Shown in pieces: positions 25,483 through 34,149 of a stretch of DNA of 64,000 bases. A program made the translations under genes and the position numbers. Where the stretch lies: the IMG/VR virus record IMGVR_UViG_3300006052_000001; one strand, 5' to 3'. The notes under the pieces were generated by a model that was not told the DNA's origin, ran no database searches, and saw only the letters and a program-made list of their open reading frames with translations. This DNA comes from a virus (lineage: Duplodnaviria > Heunggongvirae > Uroviricota > Caudoviricetes). The stretch's first letter is position 1; the number at the start of each line of letters is the position of its first letter.

Positions 25483-27117
25483 ATGGGAAAGCTAAACAAG
25501 TACACACCAAAGACAGTTACTTCACCTATTCAGATGAGCACGGTTCCTAACGCTCATACTGCTCTAGGCGGAATTGGTTACGCACCAGCAAACGCTGAGA
25601 GCGAGCTATTCGATCTTGGTATCAACCTTTTTGCCGGTGAGGACAACTACCATGAGTCAGGACAGGCAAGAGATAATCGTTTCACCCGTCTAGTTGAGGC
25701 TGTTGCGGTTAGCAATCCTGCTTGGATTACCGGATTCCTGGGCTGGCTAAGGTCAGAGGGAAACATTCGTACTGCTTCTATTATGGGTGCGGTTGTAGCT
25801 GTACATGCCCGTCTTAACGATCCAAGGTCTGTTGAGGCAGACAAGAACAGTGCCTCTCACGGTCCCTCTTGGAACCGTAGAATCGTTGATGCTGTTTGTC
25901 AGCGTGCAGATGAGCCTGGTGAGTTTATCGCTTACTGGACACAGAGATATGGTAAGAACATTCCTATGCCAGTAAAGCGTGGTCTATCTGACGCTGCTCG
26001 CAGGCTATACAACGAGTACTCATTTATGAAGTATGACAGTGACAAGGCTGGCTGGCGTATTGGTGACGTTATTGAGTTTGTTCACCCTAAGCCAGTTGAC
26101 AACGATCAGGCAGCGCTTTTCGGTTACGCGATTTCTGCCCGTCATGGAAATGCCTTTGAGGACATGTCTAGGCTTAGCAGAATTGAGGCCAACAAGGCTC
26201 TTAGGGAAGAGTTCAAGACTAACCCTGATGTTCTGCTAAACACAGGATTTCTGAAGAAGGCCGGTTTCACCTGGGAGGATGCTCTGTCTCTGGCAGGTAC
26301 AAAGGTGGATAAGGCTAAGCTATGGGAGTCTTTGATCTTCGCAAAGGCAGTGCCTATTTTCGCGCTGATCAGGAATCTAAGGAACATGGAGCAGGCAGGA
26401 ATTAGCCGCGCTGCTATGACAGAAGTTTGCAACACTATTGCTAACCCAGAAGTGATTGCAAAGTCTCGTCTATTCCCATTCCAGATTTACGCGGCTCACA
26501 AGTACGCTCAGTCAATGCACTGGAAGTCTGCTCTTGAGGATGCTATGACATATTCAACCCTGAATGTGCCACAGCTTGACGGAGACACTTTGCTGCTTAT
26601 TGATGCTTCTGGCTCAATGTTCGGCACAAAGCTTTCCGGCAAGAGCGATCTAGAGCGCGTTGAAGCTGCTGCTGTATTTGGTGCTGCTTTCGCTGTGCGT
26701 AACCCTGATACAACAAAGGTAGTGACTTTCTCTAACGACACCAAGATCGTTCCGGTGACAAAGGGAATGTCAATGCTTGGGCTGACAGATAAGATCATGC
26801 GTACTGCCGCAACTCAGCAAAGTGGTACTGCTACTGCTGCTGCTCTTAAGGCAAGTTACACAGGACAGAAGAGAGTTATCATCGTAACTGATGAGCAGTC
26901 TTCTGGTTCTTACGGTTACTACTCAAGAGGTAGCGTTTCTGATAAGGTTCCTGACAGTACATACCTATACTCATTCGACCTTGCTGGACACCGCATTTCT
27001 GACATTCCTTCGGGAAAGAATCGCAGGCACCAGCTTGGAGGTTTGACTGACAAGTCATTCGGCATGATCCCGCTCCTAGAGCGTGGTAACAGTGCAAGAT
27101 GGCCTTGGGAAAAGTAA
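25483..27117 (+). CDS. rsr: Ro60/Rsr-like ribonucleoprotein (TROVE-like N-terminal region plus C-terminal vWA)
   Basis: 544 aa; C-terminal vWA with MIDAS LLLIDASGSMFG; the large N-terminal region fits the Ro60 TROVE+vWA architecture; follows the tRNA-like array; GGAG RBS. Confidence 0.55.
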   Translation: MGKLNKYTPKTVTSPIQMSTVPNAHTALGGIGYAPANAESELFDLGINLFAGEDNYHESGQARDNRFTRLVEAVAVSNPAWITGFLGWLRSEGNIRTASIMGAVVAVHARLNDPRSVEADKNSASHGPSWNRRIVDAVCQRADEPGEFIAYWTQRYGKNIPMPVKRGLSDAARRLYNEYSFMKYDSDKAGWRIGDVIEFVHPKPVDNDQAALFGYAISARHGNAFEDMSRLSRIEANKALREEFKTNPDVLLNTGFLKKAGFTWEDALSLAGTKVDKAKLWESLIFAKAVPIFALIRNLRNMEQAGISRAAMTEVCNTIANPEVIAKSRLFPFQIYAAHKYAQSMHWKSALEDAMTYSTLNVPQLDGDTLLLIDASGSMFGTKLSGKSDLERVEAAAVFGAAFAVRNPDTTKVVTFSNDTKIVPVTKGMSMLGLTDKIMRTAATQQSGTATAAALKASYTGQKRVIIVTDEQSSGSYGYYSRGSVSDKVPDSTYLYSFDLAGHRISDIPSGKNRRHQLGGLTDKSFGMIPLLERGNSARWPWEK

Positions 27118-27130
27118 TTTACAGAAACTC

Positions 27131-27160
27131 TTGACAGCAGGGTCCGTCCGTGGTAGGCTA
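27131..27160 (+). promoter_or_regulatory. promoter, TTGACA-N14-TGgTAGGCT
   Basis: conserved family. Confidence 0.55.
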
Positions 27161-27197
27161 GTGCTTGCCACGGACGGACGGCACCAGGAGGAACAAG

Positions 27198-27377
27198 ATG
27201 CCCGAGCTAATTATAGGTTCTTTAACAAGCGTGACAGCAGGATTTATGATCCTGTTCGGAATGTACTACAGCCGCACGCATCCTTCGCCTAAAGTCCTTA
27301 AGAAAAAATTGAGGAAAAGGTACATCAAGTCAGGGCACCTTGAAGACCTTGACGAATTAGTTAGGTTGGAGGGGTAA
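27198..27377 (+). CDS. small single-pass membrane protein (59 aa)
   Basis: CAGGAGGAACAAGATG; internal ATG of ORF 27165..27377; TM then Lys-rich tail. Confidence 0.45.
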   Translation: MPELIIGSLTSVTAGFMILFGMYYSRTHPSPKVLKKKLRKRYIKSGHLEDLDELVRLEG

Positions 27378-27378
27378 T

Positions 27379-28296
27379 ATGAGCATGTTTATGTTCATTC
27401 TTTCTATGATCCTTTTTCTGGGAGCAATTGCTACAGGTGTATACTTTGCTATCAGTATGGAGCTATCAGCCGCAGGAATTGGAGCAGCGCTTCTAGTTGT
27501 TGGCCTGATTTTCTTCGGCTGGTCAGGGGTCAGGGAAGTCCCGACCAATAGTGTTGGTGTTCCAACAGCATTTGGTAGTGTTGAGCCTGCGGTAAATCCC
27601 GGTTTTCATTGGATGGCTCCGTGGACTAGAGTAAACATCATTGACAAGACTGTGCAGACTACTTACTTCACTGGTGGTTTTGACAAGAACGGCGTTTGCA
27701 CAAACGGTCTGGATGTTCGTATTGGTGGTCAGCAGCAGGCATGTGGTGACATGACAATTAAGTGGCAGGTCACTGATGCTGGTGCCCCAGTACTATTTAA
27801 GCAGTATAGTAACGGCGGAGATGTTATGAGCAGCATTCAGAATTCGCTGGTTATCACTGATCTGCAAACAGTAGCGAACAAGGTACTTGGTGACTACAAT
27901 CCTATTCAGGACGTGGCGCTAACTACTGGTGCTGGAAACAGCCAGTTCTCTACATTCGGTCCTCTTATCGAAGCTCAGATGAAGCAGCTTTTCGGCCAGG
28001 ATATTAAGGTCGTAGGCTTCAATATGTCTTTGCTTCATTATGACACTGCAACACAGACTAGGCTGAATGCTATTCAGCAGCAGTACGGTGACACCGCTAT
28101 TGCTCTTGAACTGCTTAAGACTAACCAGGCGCAGGCTAAGGCTAACGCAGCTATTGGTACTCCAAGCCCGTCGCAGATGCAGTATCTTTGCTTCCAGCTT
28201 ATTCAGACAGCAGAGAAGACCGGATATATGGGCCTTCCCGGTTCGCTTAGCTGTGGTACAAGCAGCGGCACAACCATTGTGTCTGCCCATCCATAA
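27379..28296 (+). CDS. SPFH/band-7-like (prohibitin/stomatin family) membrane protein
   Basis: two N-terminal TM segments then a conserved periplasmic-type domain; GGAGGGG RBS. Confidence 0.5.
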   Translation: MSMFMFILSMILFLGAIATGVYFAISMELSAAGIGAALLVVGLIFFGWSGVREVPTNSVGVPTAFGSVEPAVNPGFHWMAPWTRVNIIDKTVQTTYFTGGFDKNGVCTNGLDVRIGGQQQACGDMTIKWQVTDAGAPVLFKQYSNGGDVMSSIQNSLVITDLQTVANKVLGDYNPIQDVALTTGAGNSQFSTFGPLIEAQMKQLFGQDIKVVGFNMSLLHYDTATQTRLNAIQQQYGDTAIALELLKTNQAQAKANAAIGTPSPSQMQYLCFQLIQTAEKTGYMGLPGSLSCGTSSGTTIVSAHP

Positions 28297-28302
28297 AGTA
28301 GC

Positions 28303-28332
28303 TTGACAAACGGGGAGTGTCGTGTTACTATA
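28303..28332 (+). promoter_or_regulatory. promoter, TTGACA-N14-TGtTACTAT
   Basis: conserved family; precedes the tRNA-Gly/Ser/Lys group. Confidence 0.55.
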
Positions 28333-28352
28333 AATATGACACTCCCCCACAT

Positions 28353-28423
28353 GCGTCTTTAGTTTAGAGGCAAAACCGCTGACTTCCAATCAGCCATCGC
28401 GGGTTCGATTCCCGCAAGACGCT
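28353..28423 (+). tRNA. tRNA-Gly (TCC)
   Basis: acceptor GCGTCTT/AAGACGC, arm GCTGA-CTTCCAA-TCAGC, T-arm GCGGG-TTCGATT-CCCGC. Confidence 0.8.
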
Positions 28424-28434
28424 CGCACAGTTAT

Positions 28435-28521
28435 GGAATCTTCGCCTAGTCTGGTTTATGGCGCGTCACTGCTAATGACGTTGAGGTAATACTCTCGTAG
28501 GTTCAAATCCTACAGATTCCG
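28435..28521 (+). tRNA. tRNA-Ser (GCT)
   Basis: class II; acceptor GGAATCT/AGATTCC, arm CGTCA-CTGCTAA-TGACG, long variable arm. Confidence 0.8.
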
Positions 28522-28544
28522 CTCTGGATTGCGCCGTGCAGGGC

Positions 28545-28612
28545 ACGAACAGGTCTTGAAAACCTGGGTATGGTGAAGAGCCATAGGGGATCGTTACCTC
28601 CGCTCTCCGCGT
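28545..28612 (+). pseudogene. truncated tRNA-Ser (TGA) remnant
   Basis: arm CAGGT-CTTGAAA-ACCTG, variable arm, 3' acceptor GCTCTCC; no matching 5' acceptor or D-arm. Confidence 0.35.
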
Positions 28613-28622
28613 AGTAAATTAA

Positions 28623-28694
28623 GCCTCTTTAGCACAGCGGTAGTGCAGCAGACTCTTAATCTGTGGGTCATTGGTTCGAATCCAATAAGGGGTA
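28623..28694 (+). tRNA. tRNA-Lys (CTT)
   Basis: D GCAC/GTGC, loop CTCTTAA, T-arm ATTGG-TTCGAAT-CCAAT; G1-U72. Confidence 0.7.
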
Positions 28695-28772
28695 CGCTAC
28701 AGTAGGAAATGAAAACCCCCGTATCTGATAGCACCACCGGTAACCAGTCCGGGGCGTAAACGGGGTTACAAT

Positions 28773-28846
28773 GCGAGCATAGAGTAATAGGTTAACTCAC
28801 CACTCCCTCAAAGTGGAGACTGCGGGTTCGATTCCCGTTGTTCGTA
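28773..28846 (+). tRNA. tRNA-Glu (CTC), probable
   Basis: acceptor GCGAGCA/TGTTCGT, arm CCACT-CCCTCAA-AGTGG (C33), long D-loop. Confidence 0.5.
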
Positions 28847-28980
28847 CCCGGCGCAACAGCTAGGTAATTAATGAAGCACAAGTGCATGTATCTTCTTCCC
28901 GGCAAGGTAGTGATACAATCAACCGAAGATGGATACAAGCTTCAGCAGCTATGGCTTTGTATTATCTGCCGGGAAACTAA

Positions 28981-29052
28981 GGGCGGTTAGCTCAGTGGAA
29001 GAGCAGGACTTTTACACAGTCAAGGTCAAAGGTTCAATCCCTTTACTGCCTA
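28981..29052 (+). tRNA. tRNA-Val (TAC)
   Basis: D GCTC/GAGC, loop TTTACAC, T-arm AAAGG-TTCAATC-CCTTT. Confidence 0.75.
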
Positions 29053-29073
29053 CGTAGCGGTTCCGCTATAGAA

Positions 29074-29104
29074 AGCCCCGGCCAAAACCGGGGCTTTTTT
29101 CGTT
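29074..29104 (+). terminator. rho-independent terminator ending the tRNA island
   Basis: AGCCCCGG-ccaaaa-CCGGGGCT then TTTTTTCG. Confidence 0.8.
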
Positions 29105-29119
29105 TAAAGAAGGGGTACG

Positions 29120-30175
29120 ATGTTAACACTGAACGATATGGCAGAAAAATTTCCGACCATTAAGAACACGCTTAACAATCTAGAATTCGGAAACACAGAA
29201 GCCGCAAGCTCAATTAATTACTTATGTAAGAACTTCCTAGAAGATTACGATGTTGCATTTCAGCGGTTCACTACATCAGAAACTTCGGTTCGCAGATGGC
29301 GTCGCACCAAGGTAGCAGGACTAGCCCTAGACGGCTCTGAGAGCGACGCTGAGGCACAAACAGAAGTGGCCCTAGGTAAGAGTGAGGGTAGCGATCCTGA
29401 CATGGCAGAGGCCATCTCAGAGCCGCGTCTGCCGAAGGTACTTTTGATAGACATTGAAACTTCTCCTAACCTAGTACACGTATGGCAGATGTGGCAGGTA
29501 GATGTTAATTCTGATCACATTGTCAGCCCAGTTAGGATGCTTTGTTTCTCGGCCAAGTGGCTAGGAGATGAGGAAGTTCTTTTCTATTCTGAGTTCCATG
29601 ACGGCAAAGCTCGTATGCTAGATGCTCTATGGCAGCTACTAGATGAAGCTGATATAGTCATGCATTATAACGGTAAGAAGTTTGATATCCCTCATATCAA
29701 CAGGGAATTCCTGATGCGAGGATATACACCACCGTCTCCGTACAAGCAGATTGACTTGCTGCATACGATTAGAAGGCAGTTTAATTTTCCGTCTAACAAG
29801 TTGTCCTACGTGAGCAAGGCCCTAGGTACTTCGGGGAAACTTAATTCGGTAGGGTACGATACGTGGAAAGCCTGTATGGTAGATGATCCTGTTGCCTGGC
29901 AGAAGATGAAAAAGTACAACATCCAAGACACGGCAGTACTTGAGGAAATCTACATGAAGATCAGGCCGTGGATTCAGAACCATCCTAGTTTTTCCGCTAT
30001 CTCAGGTAAGTCTTTGCCCAACTGTCCTTACTGCGGCGAAGACAGGCTGAAGCCTGATGGGTTCTACTACACGTCTGTTTCTACTTACATTAGATATAAT
30101 TGTACTAATTGTGGAGCTTATTCAAGAGGAACAACAAAAACAGCAGGAACAAACGTAGCAGGAGTGTCACCCTAA
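29120..30175 (+). CDS. RNase H-like 3'-5' exonuclease (PolB-exo-like) with C-terminal zinc ribbon
   Basis: LLIDIETSP (Exo I), HYNGKKFDIPHI; CPYCG...CTNCG. Confidence 0.55.
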   Translation: MLTLNDMAEKFPTIKNTLNNLEFGNTEAASSINYLCKNFLEDYDVAFQRFTTSETSVRRWRRTKVAGLALDGSESDAEAQTEVALGKSEGSDPDMAEAISEPRLPKVLLIDIETSPNLVHVWQMWQVDVNSDHIVSPVRMLCFSAKWLGDEEVLFYSEFHDGKARMLDALWQLLDEADIVMHYNGKKFDIPHINREFLMRGYTPPSPYKQIDLLHTIRRQFNFPSNKLSYVSKALGTSGKLNSVGYDTWKACMVDDPVAWQKMKKYNIQDTAVLEEIYMKIRPWIQNHPSFSAISGKSLPNCPYCGEDRLKPDGFYYTSVSTYIRYNCTNCGAYSRGTTKTAGTNVAGVSP

Positions 30176-30450
30176 TGTACATAAATGACCCGTTCGACAA
30201 AGCCATTCCACCCTCTCTTGAAGAGGTCATATTAGATGACGAACCCAGAGATTACCATGAGTATTTCTGGGATGAGTACGTCGAGCGTGGTCAGCGTGTT
30301 TCCCGAAAGCAAAAGCTTTACACTCAGGTATGCAGATTTGATCAGAATGGTGATCATATAACGATGGCAAAAGATTGTCCTCACTTTGATGCTGAGGATG
30401 AGGAAGGTCGTAGAATTCGACCAGGATGGACGGTGCAAAGTGGCATGTAA
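30175..30450 (+). CDS. hypothetical protein
   Basis: ATG overlapping previous stop; internal start of ORF 30109..30450. Confidence 0.45.
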   Translation: MYINDPFDKAIPPSLEEVILDDEPRDYHEYFWDEYVERGQRVSRKQKLYTQVCRFDQNGDHITMAKDCPHFDAEDEEGRRIRPGWTVQSGM

Positions 30451-30618
30451 GAACGATAGCTGCCGGTGGGTCTGGCTTCCGAATAGAGGTATCTATGTCT
30501 GCTATAACTGCGGCTCTAGCAAAGAAAGCTGACCCCTGGCGCTCTGAATGCAAGCACAGAAATATTATGACGGTTGGTACTGTTAAAGTATGTAGTGATT
30601 GCGGAAAGGTGATAATGG

Positions 30619-30978
30619 GTGGCTAAGAGAAAAGGATTGCCAAAACTAGGTAAGACTCTTCGCCCTACTGCACAGGGTATTGAGGCTAAAAAGTTCGCGT
30701 CAAGTCAGGCCATAGGTGATGAAATTCTTATGACCTATGATCCTACTGCTACCACCTGGCCCCAAAATGGCTGGGATCACAGAAGGACAACTGCGGCTGG
30801 ATATGATAAAACTACCGGCAGACTCAGAATAGAATTTTTCACGGATGGCTCTCTCTACGATTATGGTACATCAAGACCAGTGCCACCAGAAGTGGCTAGA
30901 CAATTCCGTAGAGCGGAGTCGCCGGGCAGTTTCATTAATCAGATATTGGAGGGTTATGGCTATGAGAGAGTACGATAG
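30619..30978 (+). CDS. hypothetical protein
   Basis: 119-aa ORF. Confidence 0.45.
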   Translation: MAKRKGLPKLGKTLRPTAQGIEAKKFASSQAIGDEILMTYDPTATTWPQNGWDHRRTTAAGYDKTTGRLRIEFFTDGSLYDYGTSRPVPPEVARQFRRAESPGSFINQILEGYGYERVR

Positions 30979-31011
30979 ACAGCCAGAATTAGAGGCTGAG
31001 GGGAGAACTAT

Positions 31012-31368
31012 ATGGGAATATTTAATGGGAAAAACGGAAAGCGACAAGAGCAAGCCGAAGATTCAGTTGGCTACGATAAAGGCAAGATTAATGAAAGCCC
31101 AAGCATGAACGTTTATTTCAATGCTTATAAGGGCGAAAGAGGCGACATAGCAGCAAATGGCGTCTGGCTAAAGGAATACAACGGGGTTCTAATTCATCTA
31201 GAAGACGGCAGAGGCGTGGTTGTCTTCTGTACTGGAGAAATACTTAGATTTGATAGAGACGGAAAATTCATAGCAAATGAAGACGTATGGAAAGCCAGTA
31301 TTCATAGCATTTCCTCACCTGAAGAGGGAAGCACCGATATATCATCAGGCTCCGACAACAGAGATTGA
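31012..31368 (+). CDS. hypothetical protein
   Basis: GAGGGGAG RBS; 118 aa. Confidence 0.45.
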   Translation: MGIFNGKNGKRQEQAEDSVGYDKGKINESPSMNVYFNAYKGERGDIAANGVWLKEYNGVLIHLEDGRGVVVFCTGEILRFDRDGKFIANEDVWKASIHSISSPEEGSTDISSGSDNRD

Positions 31369-31508
31369 GTATCCTTGGCGAGTATGTAAGAAATCTCATA
31401 TAATAAAATTCCCAGGGGGCAGGGGCCTTATTATAGGTTTATGGCGAACCAATAACGAGCATTGGGAAAAACGATTAATGGAAGCACTAAAAGGAAGAGA
31501 AGCAGACT

Positions 31509-31811
31509 TTGAAGATACCATTGAGGCGTCCATCGCAGGACGAGTTACTGAAAACGTACCAGAGGATAGAGAAAATCTGGGACACGCCGGAATATAGAAC
31601 TGCTTGTAAGCGTGTGGACAGTATGAGTGCCCACACTATTATCGGCAGGTTAGATGACATAGTACTTGCGATGGCTAAGACATTGTATGAGTACTCTGGT
31701 GAGAGGGACGAGCAAATCAGACGGCACTTGCTCAATGAACTCAGGTTAGCAACATCTAGTCTTCAAGCTGGTATTGAAAAGTTACTTAGTCTTGAAGGCG
31801 TGATACAATAG
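31509..31811 (+). CDS. hypothetical protein
   Basis: 100-aa ORF; competes with 31277..31597. Confidence 0.35.
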   Translation: MKIPLRRPSQDELLKTYQRIEKIWDTPEYRTACKRVDSMSAHTIIGRLDDIVLAMAKTLYEYSGERDEQIRRHLLNELRLATSSLQAGIEKLLSLEGVIQ

Positions 31812-31902
31812 GAATTAGAAAATTAATGAGCGGAAGACTTGTGTTGTTCCACGAAAAGGAGTAAGGCTAACGTCTTCCTCCTTTACCTATTGGGGCTTGT
31901 AA

Positions 31903-32262
31903 GTGGCTAATCTAGAGTCTATGCCGACAACTACTATCACATATGCAGTGGCCGACATTCTTCAACGTATTGAGTCTAAATTAGACCATGTATCTTCCCG
32001 CTTGGAATCCAAAGCAGAGAGTTCCGAAGTGGCGCTTGTTGCTGACCGAATTCACACAATTGAAATCGAAGGCACGATTCATAGCAAGCAAATTGCCAGC
32101 GAAGTTAGGGATATTGAGCAGCGTCTACGTGAAGTGGAGAAGACATCGACTTCACTACAGGCAGTTGATGGAGCGCTTTTTCGAGCTAAGGCCGCTATGT
32201 ATTCTGCCCTTGGTGCTGTAATAGCAGCCGTCACAGCGTTAATCCTTTATCTGCATAAGTAG
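31903..32262 (+). CDS. coiled-coil protein with C-terminal TM segment
   Basis: 119 aa. Confidence 0.5.
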   Translation: MANLESMPTTTITYAVADILQRIESKLDHVSSRLESKAESSEVALVADRIHTIEIEGTIHSKQIASEVRDIEQRLREVEKTSTSLQAVDGALFRAKAAMYSALGAVIAAVTALILYLHK

Positions 32263-32267
32263 GAAAT

Positions 32268-32462
32268 ATGAGCAAGCAGCACACATATGAAAATAAAATT
32301 CATATCAGGGAATCAAGAGTAGGGACATTCACTGCTGCTGCTACAAAACACCACATGGGAGTACAGCAGTTTGCTGCTACTGTTCTAGCCAACAGGAGCA
32401 GGTACTCTTCTAGCGTGGTAAAGAAAGCCAACTTCGCCAGGAATTTCGGCGGACACAAATAA
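32268..32462 (+). CDS. small hypothetical protein
   Basis: 64-aa ORF. Confidence 0.4.
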   Translation: MSKQHTYENKIHIRESRVGTFTAAATKHHMGVQQFAATVLANRSRYSSSVVKKANFARNFGGHK

Positions 32463-32524
32463 ATAGATTTTTATGATAACCTGATAGGTGACCACCTATC
32501 AGGTTATTTTTATTTGGGGCTAAT

Positions 32525-34114
32525 GTGGAGAATGAGTTTTTAGACGACGAGCTATCAGATGAGACAGATGCAGAGAGGGAAGCTAGAGCAGGCACAGAGG
32601 TTATCCTAGATGAAACAAGCAAGACCTTTGTGGAAAATCTTATCGACAGGCTTCTTATTGTATGCGAGGAAATGTCGGGTCATAGGTTCTATGAATATCA
32701 GAAGCCCTTTGCTCGCAGAGTTTTTGAATCTTTAATTATTGATGACGGCGCAACTATTACCGCGCTATTTTCGCGCCAGTCAGGGAAGACAGAGACAGTT
32801 GCTAATGTAGTTGCAACAGCAATGGTTATGTTTCCAAGACTAGCCAAGGTATTCCCAGAGCTACTGGGCAAATATAAAGAAGGCGTTCTAGTAGGCGCAT
32901 TCGCACCTGTTGACGAACAGGCTGACAACCTTTTTGGCCGTGTCGTAGCTAGGCTAGAGTCAGAAGCTACAGCACGTATCCTGGCTGATCCTGAGATTAA
33001 CGACAGGCTCGAAGGCAGAGGCAGGACTATGGTTCTGAAGAACTGTGGTTCTCTTGTGCGTAAGACTACTTGCCATCCTAGAGCCACAATTGAAGGACGT
33101 ACCTATCACGTTATCTTAGTTGACGAGTGCCAGTTTGCCGACACTTATGTTATCAACAAGTCGGTTGCTCCTATGGGTGCGTCAACCAACGCTACCATGA
33201 TCTTTACCGGAACACCGACATACTCAAAGAACGTGTTCTATACGACTATTCAGAACAACAAGAGACAGGCTACAAAAGCAGGCGGTAAGGTTAATCACTT
33301 TGAGATTGACTGGCGTTCTGCTGCCAAGGAAAATCCCCAGTACAAGAAGTACATATCAAGGGAAATGCTACGATTAGGAGAAGACTCTGATGAATTTAAA
33401 CTTTCCTACCGAATCCAGTGGCTTCTGGACAAAGGTATGTTCACAACTTCAGAGCGGCTGGATTCACTCGGAGACACTTCTATGCAATCTGTGGTTCATG
33501 CTTATCATAGAACGCCCGTTGTCGCAGGAATTGATTGCGGACGAAAGCAAGACAGAACGATTGTTACTGTGGTCTTTGTGGATTGGGATAATCCTGACCC
33601 CTTTGGCTTTTATCACCACCATGTTCTTAACTGGCTTGACCTAGAAGGAATGGACTGGGAAGAGCAGTATTTCCGCATTGCGGAATTCTTGTCTAACTAT
33701 AATATCTGGAAAGTAGGAATCGACATCGGAGGTCTGGGAGATACAGTATCTCAGAGACTAAAGATCATGATGCCGCACGTAGATATAGTAGAGCTAGGTT
33801 CCGCTCAGTCAGAGCAGACAGTAAGATGGAAGCACCTGAAGCAGCTTCTTGAGACAGGTAATATTTCGTGGCCTGCTGGTGCTAAGGTACGAAGGCTAAA
33901 GGTTTACAGAAGATTCCGTCAGGAAATGGAAGACCTTGAAATACTTTTCAAGGGGCCATACGTCCTAGCTGAAGCGCCCCACGAAACAGATGCACATGAT
34001 GACTACCCTGATTCACTGTCAATGGCGTGTGTTTTAACCACAATGGAAGAGACAAAAACAGAAGAAGCAGAGATGTACGATAACCTTCTGTATAGGCGTA
34101 ACCCAAGAAGATGA
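32525..34114 (+). CDS. terminase large subunit
   Basis: Walker A SRQSGKTE, Walker B VILVDECQF, C-terminal acidic nuclease-type residues; 529 aa. Confidence 0.75.
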   Translation: MENEFLDDELSDETDAEREARAGTEVILDETSKTFVENLIDRLLIVCEEMSGHRFYEYQKPFARRVFESLIIDDGATITALFSRQSGKTETVANVVATAMVMFPRLAKVFPELLGKYKEGVLVGAFAPVDEQADNLFGRVVARLESEATARILADPEINDRLEGRGRTMVLKNCGSLVRKTTCHPRATIEGRTYHVILVDECQFADTYVINKSVAPMGASTNATMIFTGTPTYSKNVFYTTIQNNKRQATKAGGKVNHFEIDWRSAAKENPQYKKYISREMLRLGEDSDEFKLSYRIQWLLDKGMFTTSERLDSLGDTSMQSVVHAYHRTPVVAGIDCGRKQDRTIVTVVFVDWDNPDPFGFYHHHVLNWLDLEGMDWEEQYFRIAEFLSNYNIWKVGIDIGGLGDTVSQRLKIMMPHVDIVELGSAQSEQTVRWKHLKQLLETGNISWPAGAKVRRLKVYRRFRQEMEDLEILFKGPYVLAEAPHETDAHDDYPDSLSMACVLTTMEETKTEEAEMYDNLLYRRNPRR

Positions 34115-34149
34115 TAGAATATAGACAGAATATTCGACCAGGGAGATAG

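Noticed and set aside
30845-31597. Overlapping ORFs 30845..31108 and 31277..31597
   Set aside because: Each overlaps a neighbouring ORF with a stronger RBS (31012..31368, 31509..31811) by about 100 nt in another frame. Only one of each pair was kept, at low confidence.
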